From Planctomycetota bacterium (GTDB lineage Bacteria > Planctomycetota > SZUA-567 > JAFGNG01), in NCBI GenBank assembly GCA_016927125.1, contig JAFGNG010000028.1, positions 1 to 58,952 of the forward strand: a stretch of 58,952 bases of DNA. Reading direction: 5' to 3'. This document shows, piece after piece, positions 52,546-58,952 of the stretch. The position numbers and the translations under genes were made by a program. The stretch's first letter is position 1. Each line of letters begins with the position of its first letter. The notes beneath the pieces are model-generated. The model ran no database searches. It worked only from the letters and a program-made list of their open reading frames with translations, and was not told the DNA's origin.

Positions 52546-54687
52546 ATGGATTCTGCTAATGATAATCACAATCAGGACTGGCTTATCCTCTCACCAACAG
52601 GAAATTTCAACTCCGTGGATGAAGCGGCTATGGCGGAAGAGAGGATTGACTGGACTGAAAAGGAAAACCTGGACCAGGAGGCTTGCACGCTCTCCTTCGC
52701 AAGTAAAGAGATTGTGGAGCACTTGCACAAAATCTCCGCAGTTAATTTTGTGCATTGTGATAACCTTTCTTCCTTTTCCAATTCTCCAGAACGCAACGGG
52801 GTTATAATCCTCGCACCGCACTCATTTGCAGAATCCCACGAGTTGATTAAACCTTTTTTAGATCCAATTGAAATTCCGTCAGGTGCACAGGCGTTTCTTT
52901 TAAGATCATTTGAAATTGAAAAACACCGCTGGTATCTGGTGCTTGGCTCCGACCGCGCCGGCGCCTTATACGGGGCATATGAATTGTTAAAATCTCTCAG
53001 TATCCGCTGGTTTTCGCCGGATCCACAGGGCACTGATCTCCCGACAAGCCTGCCCTCTCCCCTGCCTGAGCTAAACACCAGCCAGTCCCCTTCATTCCTG
53101 AGCCGGGGCTTCAGCGGCGGCAACCGTGGTGACCGGGCTTTCCTTCTCTGGATGGCCCGCAACCAGCTTAACCTCTGGACCCCCACGGAAGCTGACCGGG
53201 CCTTTGGTAAAAAACTGTGCCTGAAATTCAGCATGGCCGGGCACCGGATCTTCGGCAGGTATATCCCGCCAGAAGAATACTTTGAGAAGCACCCGGAATG
53301 GTACGGGCTGCATAATGGCCAACGGCAGAACCGGGTGGACTCGCTCGAAGGCTATAACATGTGTTTTTCCAATGCCGAGGCGCGCCAGAAGATCGCTGAG
53401 GCATTGACTGAAGATTTAATCTCAGGGGAATATTTCTACGTTGACAAGATGAATATCTGGCCGATTGACAATGGCAAGTGGTGCGAGTGCGATGACTGCC
53501 AGGCACTGGGCAACCCCACGAATCAACTCTTGTTATTGATTCACGATTGTAATAGTGAGGTCCGCAAAGCCCGTCGTGAAGGCCGCCTGCAGCGGGAGGT
53601 CGAGATTGCCTTCCTCGCTTATCATGAAACCCTGCCGGTTCCTTCCCGGCCCCTGCCGGAAGGATTTGATCATGAGCATATTATCGCGACCTTCTTCCCA
53701 ATCGAGCGCTGTTACGCCCATCCCTTTGCGGATCCGTCCTGTACCGAGATCAACCAGGCGATGCGGGATTACTGGGAAGCGTGGACCAGGCCGGATTGCT
53801 ATTTCAAAGGTGATATGCAGATGGGTGAATATTACAATGTCGCCCTCTTTGCCGGTATTCCGGTCGTCTTCATGAAGATCCTGGCAGCGGATATCCCCTA
53901 CTACTACGCCACCGGCGCGCGCCATATGCATTACATGCATGTCGCAATCGCTGACTGGGGAACGATGGCGCTCACCAATTACCAGTACGCGGCGCTCCTC
54001 TGGAACCATGAGCTGGACAGTGCCACCTTCCTGGAGGATTTCATGGCCCGGCGCTACCGGGAGCAGGCTGCACTGATGTATGAATTTTATTCCTTGCTGG
54101 AAAAGGCGATGGGTAATGCCAAGGCCTTGAAGCATTATACCGGCATGATGGGAGTCAACCGCCACTGCTTCTGGAGTTCGCTGCGTACTCCCGCCTCTCC
54201 CGAGAATCCCGTAGAGCTTTTCCAGACCGAACACTTCCCTTATGCGCCGCGTGAACGCACTAATAACAACGCGCCTTCATTTTTGGAAATGCTGGAGATG
54301 CTAGAAGAGGCGAAGGGGATGCTCGACCAGGCGCTTCTGGAGTGTCGGGATCCGGAGGTTGCCCTCCGCCTTGCCGCTGATGCGCGGCGGTTCCGGTATG
54401 GGCGCAAGGTGGTATATTTCCTCTATCACTTCGCCCGCTTGCGAATGTTTGAAAACCAGGGGGATCAAGAAAGGGCTAAACTGGAAGCTGAAACCCTCTG
54501 CATGTATGGCGAGGCCCTGCGCCGGATAACGCGGATGGTAAACTCCCTGAGTATCCGGGAGCGTGCCTATAAAAACGGCTTGACCGCTACCTGGCTGATC
54601 GAGGCCTACGAGGGAGCTATGGCAGAATACGGGGTGGAGATTGCAGTTCAAGGCGAGGCCACCGGCAACTTGATCGCCCCGCCTTAA
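52546..54687 (+). CDS. DUF4838-type protein (putative glycoside-hydrolase-related), no signal peptide seen
   Basis: 713 aa. The segments GALYGAYELLKSLSIRWFSPD and WCECDDCQALG resemble patterns I recall from DUF4838 proteins. The assignment is from memory only. Confidence 0.55.
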   Translation: MDSANDNHNQDWLILSPTGNFNSVDEAAMAEERIDWTEKENLDQEACTLSFASKEIVEHLHKISAVNFVHCDNLSSFSNSPERNGVIILAPHSFAESHELIKPFLDPIEIPSGAQAFLLRSFEIEKHRWYLVLGSDRAGALYGAYELLKSLSIRWFSPDPQGTDLPTSLPSPLPELNTSQSPSFLSRGFSGGNRGDRAFLLWMARNQLNLWTPTEADRAFGKKLCLKFSMAGHRIFGRYIPPEEYFEKHPEWYGLHNGQRQNRVDSLEGYNMCFSNAEARQKIAEALTEDLISGEYFYVDKMNIWPIDNGKWCECDDCQALGNPTNQLLLLIHDCNSEVRKARREGRLQREVEIAFLAYHETLPVPSRPLPEGFDHEHIIATFFPIERCYAHPFADPSCTEINQAMRDYWEAWTRPDCYFKGDMQMGEYYNVALFAGIPVVFMKILAADIPYYYATGARHMHYMHVAIADWGTMALTNYQYAALLWNHELDSATFLEDFMARRYREQAALMYEFYSLLEKAMGNAKALKHYTGMMGVNRHCFWSSLRTPASPENPVELFQTEHFPYAPRERTNNNAPSFLEMLEMLEEAKGMLDQALLECRDPEVALRLAADARRFRYGRKVVYFLYHFARLRMFENQGDQERAKLEAETLCMYGEALRRITRMVNSLSIRERAYKNGLTATWLIEAYEGAMAEYGVEIAVQGEATGNLIAPP

Positions 54688-54695
54688 AAATAATT

Positions 54696-56201
54696 TTAGT
54701 CGGAAGGATTGTCTTCTGTATTCTCAGATTCAAAGCCGGACTTTCTCAGCAGTTGGGTATTCCTGGTTTCCTCCCGATAAGCGCTGTAAATACTCTTTAA
54801 ATTCGCCGGGGCAAAGAGGGTCATATCGGTCAGAACTGCGCGCAGTCCTTCCGGCTTCATCCTGATCCCGATAATGCAGGTGAGAATGCTTAGGATAAAC
54901 ATCAAGCCAAACTGTCGGCTGTATTGGTGGATGCCGGGAAGGGTTAACAAATCCGTAATTCCCTCGGTCAAATTCAAGACCCCGATAGTCAGCACTGCCG
55001 CGACTACCCCGGTTACCTGGTAAACCACCGAGGTCTGTACCTCCCTGCCCTCGGGCAGGATGCCGGTGCGAAGCTGCAGCGTCACCGCGAAGGTAGCGAC
55101 ATTGCAGGTTGCGATCGGCACGCTGATGAGGATTGCCAGGGGAATTACCGGCCAGGCGGGCAGGGTTTCCACAAAGGTCCAGAGTAACCCGGTTGGCCAT
55201 CCCGGCAAGGCTTCCACAAAGATCCATAAAAATCCGAAGCTCATTAAAACCACCTGCGCTCCCAGGATCAGCGCTGAGGGCGAGATGCTATGGCCGATTA
55301 TTCTGATCGCGTAGGAGCTGATAATCGCGCCCAGGATTTCAGCAATCACAATCAACACTACCAAGCTGTTGCTGAATTCAACCACGTTCTTAAAATAACT
55401 TATCCGGTAAGCGCTGCAAATTACCAGCCCGGTCTGGCAGGCAATGACCATGGCGATCTTCAGCATTACCGGGTTTTGCCAGACCTGCCGGAAGGCGTGC
55501 GCCATGCTCTTGAGCGAGCCTTCTTCCAGGTAGCCCGTCTTGGGAAGCCGGCTGAGCAGCCAGGAGGTGAAGCCGTTAAACGCTATCCCGATGCCTATCA
55601 GCAGTATAAACGCGGGCTCATCCTTGGCAAACCAGCCGCTGCCGAAGACGGCGAAGATCAGGATCGTGACTGCCAGTCTCCCGGCCTGCACCAGGCTGAC
55701 CAGGGTTGCCATGGTGCCGGGGAGCTCCCTGGGGGTGGCAAGTGCCTTATACACTGAAAAGGATGCGGACATGCCGAAGGCCCGGGCAATCGTAAAGGTA
55801 TAGTAAGCCACGACCAGCACCCAGACCCGCATCGTGTTGGACGGGAGGAAGGGGAGCAAGAGATAGGGAAAACAGGCAAAAGTCCTGAGCAGCCAGAATT
55901 TTGACCAAATCGCAGTGGTTTCCCGGCCATTCAATAATAATGGCGCAAAGACCGGGGCAAACCCTGAGATATACATCGCCGCGTACAAGAGCCCCATCTG
56001 AAAGTCACTGGCATGGTAATGCAGGGCCAACAGATAGATAATCGCCATTGTAGTCAGCCCATTGCCCCAAGCGTTCCAGAAAGTCGCCTGGTACAGTAAA
56101 GGGCGGGCAGCGTGCTGCTTTTTGCGAGACAGATTAATAATCATGGAATTCGGATTAATCCTAATTAGCTGTCGCCTTAATAATGGTATACCATTTCCCA
56201 A
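54696..56201 (-). CDS. Polytopic membrane protein, MFS-like transporter
   Basis: About 12 hydrophobic segments in two halves. The true start is probably internal (for example MIINLSRKK...). No diagnostic motif was verified. Confidence 0.45.
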   Translation of the reverse strand: MGNGIPLLRRQLIRINPNSMIINLSRKKQHAARPLLYQATFWNAWGNGLTTMAIIYLLALHYHASDFQMGLLYAAMYISGFAPVFAPLLLNGRETTAIWSKFWLLRTFACFPYLLLPFLPSNTMRVWVLVVAYYTFTIARAFGMSASFSVYKALATPRELPGTMATLVSLVQAGRLAVTILIFAVFGSGWFAKDEPAFILLIGIGIAFNGFTSWLLSRLPKTGYLEEGSLKSMAHAFRQVWQNPVMLKIAMVIACQTGLVICSAYRISYFKNVVEFSNSLVVLIVIAEILGAIISSYAIRIIGHSISPSALILGAQVVLMSFGFLWIFVEALPGWPTGLLWTFVETLPAWPVIPLAILISVPIATCNVATFAVTLQLRTGILPEGREVQTSVVYQVTGVVAAVLTIGVLNLTEGITDLLTLPGIHQYSRQFGLMFILSILTCIIGIRMKPEGLRAVLTDMTLFAPANLKSIYSAYREETRNTQLLRKSGFESENTEDNPSD

Positions 56202-56274
56202 AGGTTAAAGCTTCCAGTATTACTGGGGAATGTCAAGCGCTTTCGTTTTCTAGACTAAAAAGGCATATTAGTAT

Positions 56275-56302
56275 TTGACATTCATAATCTATGTAGTATT
56301 AT
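56275..56302 (+). promoter_or_regulatory. Candidate sigma70 promoter of the PadR operon
   Basis: TTGACA (56275-56280), 16-nt spacer, TATTAT (56297-56302). It overlaps the track's first ATG (56301), which argues for the downstream start. Confidence 0.45.
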
Positions 56303-56339
56303 GCATTGTATAGCTATGTATAGAAAGCAAGGGGCTAGC

Positions 56340-56672
56340 ATGGAATTCTCCAAAGAAATTCTCAAAGGGATCTTGGAAACTCTGATTCTTTATGTGATCT
56401 CCCAGGGACCCAAGCATGGTTACCTGGTTGCTCGGACTATTGGTAAAATGACTGATGGCAAGATTGAAATCCAGGACGGCACCCTCTACCCCATCCTCCA
56501 TCGACTGGAGAAAAAGGGGCTGATCACCGGTTCCTGGGTTGAGACCGGGCAAACCCGTAAGCGAAAAGAATATACCCTGACTCAGCAAGGTAAGGAAATG
56601 TTAAAAGAGCAGGCCGGGCAGTGGCAGACGCTCTCTGAAATCTTAACTCAAGTAGTGGAGGAGGTGCTATGA
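56340..56672 (+). CDS. PadR family transcriptional regulator
   Basis: Winged-helix pattern LILYVISQGPKHGYLVARTI....IQDGTLYPILHRLEKKGLI..W.......RKEYTLT..G. Start at ATG 56340 with AAGGGG upstream. Confidence 0.85.
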   Translation: MEFSKEILKGILETLILYVISQGPKHGYLVARTIGKMTDGKIEIQDGTLYPILHRLEKKGLITGSWVETGQTRKRKEYTLTQQGKEMLKEQAGQWQTLSEILTQVVEEVL

Positions 56673-57346
56673 ATCGACTGGAAGAATATATTGAGTTATT
56701 TTCAAAAAAGCTCCATGTCAGCCCCACTGATCGCGAGCGTATTCTGGATGAATTGCGGCAGCACATAGAGGAATGCAAGCTGGAGTTTTTCTCTCAGGGG
56801 CATTCGGAAAAGAAAGTTGAGGATTTAGTGTTAAAGCGGTTGGGTGACGCCAAGGAAATTATTCATAACTTCGATGTAATCTACAAGCGCGGTTCCCTGG
56901 CTTTTATGCTGGACCTGTTTCATAAGGAGGGTATTGCCATGCGCCGTACAGTACTCAAGACCATTGATTGGATTGCTACTATCATAATGGGGACTCTTGG
57001 ATTTTTAGCTTTCTGGCTTCCGGTTATTTTTGTTCTGCCAAGTCTCCAAGGTCTTGATCATGAATATAATTTTAAATTGGAATTAAACCTGTTTCCATTC
57101 GTATATAAAGTCCGTGAAATTGTTAGATTCATAGAGCATGTTTATTGGGCGCCTTCTATTGTAGGAATCTTACTGGTTGGCTTAATAATTTGGCTTTTTT
57201 ATAAATCCAAGAGTAAACTTAAGTATGAAGTTTTGAAAACAGGGCTAACTTTACTCAGCGCCTCTCTGGTGATTTTTGGAATTTTCTTTCTCGGTTGTAT
57301 TGGCCTTATTTATTTTCAGATAGTGATGCAACTTTTACTGCGGTAA
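56669..57346 (+). CDS. PadR-associated membrane protein (DUF1700-like N-terminal helical domain plus TM helices)
   Basis: Overlaps the PadR stop by 4 nt. N-terminus is MNRLEEYIELFSKKLHVSPTDRERILDELRQHIEE, followed by about four TM helices. Confidence 0.6.
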   Translation: MNRLEEYIELFSKKLHVSPTDRERILDELRQHIEECKLEFFSQGHSEKKVEDLVLKRLGDAKEIIHNFDVIYKRGSLAFMLDLFHKEGIAMRRTVLKTIDWIATIIMGTLGFLAFWLPVIFVLPSLQGLDHEYNFKLELNLFPFVYKVREIVRFIEHVYWAPSIVGILLVGLIIWLFYKSKSKLKYEVLKTGLTLLSASLVIFGIFFLGCIGLIYFQIVMQLLLR

Positions 57347-57384
57347 AACTGGAGTGCAAATTAAATCTTTGAGGAAGCTATTGT

Positions 57385-58236
57385 TCACACCTTATACACC
57401 CTTTGGGCGTTGGTGACAAATAACTTGGTGAGTTCATCCTTGGAACAGCCGCTCAAGAGCCACTCCAGTGCGGCAAACCACTGCCGGTACTGCGCGTGCA
57501 GATTCAGCATCGGCCAGTCCCCGCCGAACATCAGCCGGTCAAAGGTAAAGCACTCCACCACGTGCTCGAAGTACGGCCGGAATTCCTCCTTCTTCCAACC
57601 GAAAGGCTCTGCTTCCGAGACAAAACCGGAAACCTTGCAGGTTACATTGTCAAACATGGAGAGTTCTTTGAGATCCGTCTTCCACGGCTCCAACAATCCA
57701 TCCTTGATGTTGGGCTTGGCAATGTGATCCAGGATAAAGGAGACCTGGGGGCATTTGCGCACCATCTGGATAGCCTTGGGAAGCTGGTCGTGCGCAATAC
57801 AGATATCGAAGCTCAAGTTATACTCCGCCAGGATTTGCACTCCGCGGATAAACTTTGACCGCACGCACAGATCCGGATCCTTCTGGAACTGGATCAGCCT
57901 GCGGATGCCGTTGACCCTCGGGATCAGAAGCAACTCTTCGATTGCGTCCCGCACCGCGTCCCCGTCCTCCACCGGCGCCCAGGGGATGATGCACTTGATG
58001 CGTTTATCCTCTTCCGCAATCTCCGCGACCCACTTCGCCTCGTCGAGCGCTTTTTCGCGCCCAACCTCGGCCTCGATAAAGACAATGGATTCGACGGGGA
58101 TATCCCCGATGGCTTCGCTATATTCAACCGGCGTGCTGCGCTTGCAAATCTCAGGGTATTCCGGCAGCCAGGGCGTGGAAACCCCGTCGGGATCCCAGAA
58201 ATGGACATGCGTGTCTACAATCGGGAGATCTATCAA
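57385..58236 (-). CDS. Amidohydrolase-2 family protein, sugar-lactonase-like (fucono/rhamnono-lactonase type)
   Basis: The IVDTHVHFWDP motif lies near the N-terminus. Start reassigned to TTG 58236 (GGAG 7 nt upstream, 4 nt after the mutarotase stop), giving ~283 aa. The track start would overlap the upstream gene by 110 nt. Confidence 0.7.
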   Translation of the reverse strand: MIDLPIVDTHVHFWDPDGVSTPWLPEYPEICKRSTPVEYSEAIGDIPVESIVFIEAEVGREKALDEAKWVAEIAEEDKRIKCIIPWAPVEDGDAVRDAIEELLLIPRVNGIRRLIQFQKDPDLCVRSKFIRGVQILAEYNLSFDICIAHDQLPKAIQMVRKCPQVSFILDHIAKPNIKDGLLEPWKTDLKELSMFDNVTCKVSGFVSEAEPFGWKKEEFRPYFEHVVECFTFDRLMFGGDWPMLNLHAQYRQWFAALEWLLSGCSKDELTKLFVTNAQRVYKV

Positions 58237-58240
58237 GAAC

Positions 58241-58567
58241 CTACTCCATGTAAAAATATTGTTCCAGCATCTGCGGTTCATCGTTGGCCAGGCCCGGCGC
58301 GACCGGCTCGAAGAAGGGCGACATGTATTCCTTCCAGCGCTTGCTGGCATCGGTCTCGGCCAACTTGCTTAAGGCTTCGCCCGGATCTCCCTCCACTTCA
58401 AGGTAACCGACCAGCAGCCCATCCTCGCGGCAGAACTGGGAGTAATTGCTAATGCCGACATCCTGCATGGCTTGGAGCATCTCCGGCCAGACCGGTTCAT
58501 GCGCCTTTTTATAGGCTGCGAGCTGATCTTCCTTCGCCTTGTAGAGAAAACAGATGCGATTCATCAT
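58241..58567 (-). CDS. rhaM: L-rhamnose mutarotase family protein
   Basis: ~108 aa: MNRICFLYKAKEDQLAAYKKAHEPVWPEMLQAMQDVGISNYS...YLE......MLEQYFYME, typical of the RhaM/YiiL ferredoxin-like family. GGAGG lies upstream of the ATG pair at 58567/58564. Confidence 0.8.
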   Translation of the reverse strand: MMNRICFLYKAKEDQLAAYKKAHEPVWPEMLQAMQDVGISNYSQFCREDGLLVGYLEVEGDPGEALSKLAETDASKRWKEYMSPFFEPVAPGLANDEPQMLEQYFYME

Positions 58568-58589
58568 CACCCTCCCCTGCCTTGTCAAG

Positions 58590-58952
58590 CTATTGCGCGG
58601 TATAGCCGCCGTCGCACATCACGGTGGTACCGGTCATGTAATCCGATTCATTGGAAGCGAGGAAGACCGCGAGGTTGGCAATGTCTTCCGGCAGGCCGAG
58701 GCGCTGCAGCGGGATCATTTTGAGGGCTTCCTCGTAATCCTCGGGCTTGACATCCTCGATCGCGATATTGGTGTCGACCACGCCGGTGCCGAGGGCGTTG
58801 ACCAGGATCCCGTACTTCGCGAGATCCAGGGCGCTCGATTTGGTCAACATCATGATCGCGGCCTTGGTCGGGGCGTAGTGCGTCAGGTGCGAGGCCCCCA
58901 CCTTCTCGGAGATGGAAGAGTGGTTGATGATCTTGCCGACCAGCGGGTCGCC
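58590..58952 (-). CDS. Short-chain dehydrogenase/reductase (SDR), 5' end outside the window
   Basis: The frame is open to base 58952. It reads ...GKIINHSSISEKVGASHLTHYAPTKAA (catalytic Y-x3-K) ...YMTGTTVMCDGGYTAQ stop. Confidence 0.8.
   Translation of the reverse strand, partial: GDPLVGKIINHSSISEKVGASHLTHYAPTKAAIMMLTKSSALDLAKYGILVNALGTGVVDTNIAIEDVKPEDYEEALKMIPLQRLGLPEDIANLAVFLASNESDYMTGTTVMCDGGYTAQ

Noticed and set aside
55130-55240. A short diverged tandem duplication inside the MFS-like gene (FVEALPGWP / FVETLPAWP).
   Set aside because: It is real at the sequence level but small and in-frame, within a TM-loop region. It is most simply a slippage duplication with no evident functional signal.
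56301-56339. Track start codons for PadR (56301), TetR (11705), the adaptors (12361, 39527), the giant genes (26276, 31187), MMPL (31907), the LolA-like gene (34735) and the amidohydrolase (58350).
   Set aside because: These upstream starts lack an RBS, fall inside promoter or operator elements, or overlap the preceding gene. Downstream starts with proper Shine-Dalgarno spacing were preferred, so all start calls remain predictions.
1-58952. A search for integrase, transposase, conjugation, phage, toxin-antitoxin or defence genes that would explain the tRNA-linked repeats.
   Set aside because: None of the ORF translations shows tyrosine or serine recombinase, DDE transposase, relaxase, or typical defence-system signatures that I can recognise. 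No mobile_element feature is therefore annotated.

Overview
This 58.9-kb window comes from a diderm bacterium, shown by TolC-family genes, lipobox lipoproteins and an outer-membrane barrel. The taxon cannot be fixed from sequence alone; the domain repertoire resembles polysaccharide-degrading PVC-type or related lineages. There are three kinds of content. (1) Four envelope efflux or export systems: a split MacAB-type ABC pump with adaptor and TolC (1856-6863, minus); a TetR-controlled RND tripartite pump (11726-18373, plus); an MMPL/RND-superfamily exporter with a LolA-like protein and an OM barrel (31913-37101, plus); and a Cu/Ag-type RND system with an unusually long pump (38114-45617, plus). 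A 5'-truncated RND pseudogene sits at 37364-37870. (2) Very large secreted proteins. Two are paralogues sharing a ~1300-aa N-terminal glycosidase-like region (18558-26261 and 47602-52266). One is a 1434-aa FG-GAP-like/cadherin protein (26859-31163). One is a hand-found ORF missing from the supplied track (1-1362, minus). Three of the four end in dockerin-type repeats. (3) Regulators: an ECF sigma factor fused through a TM segment to a ~1000-aa ectodomain (7369-11169), TetR, and PadR with a membrane partner. Three observations stand out. First, one intact tRNA-Thr(UGU) (45860-45935, minus) is accompanied by three decayed same-orientation copies of its 3' half, terminator and ~120-nt downstream flank (about 11.5, 26.7 and 31.5 kb). 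These carry phased direct-repeat arrays and split 34 kb into modules, with no integrase in sight. Second, the C-terminal CBM9-like module of the sigma-fusion ectodomain is clearly paralogous to the C-terminus of the 1554-aa enzyme-like protein. Third, the three dockerin-type proteins share this C-terminal tag with no cohesin-like partner in the window. The right end carries a DUF4838 protein, an MFS-like protein and a deoxyhexose (fucose/rhamnose-type) catabolic trio. No CRISPR array, rRNA, transposase or phage genes were recognised.
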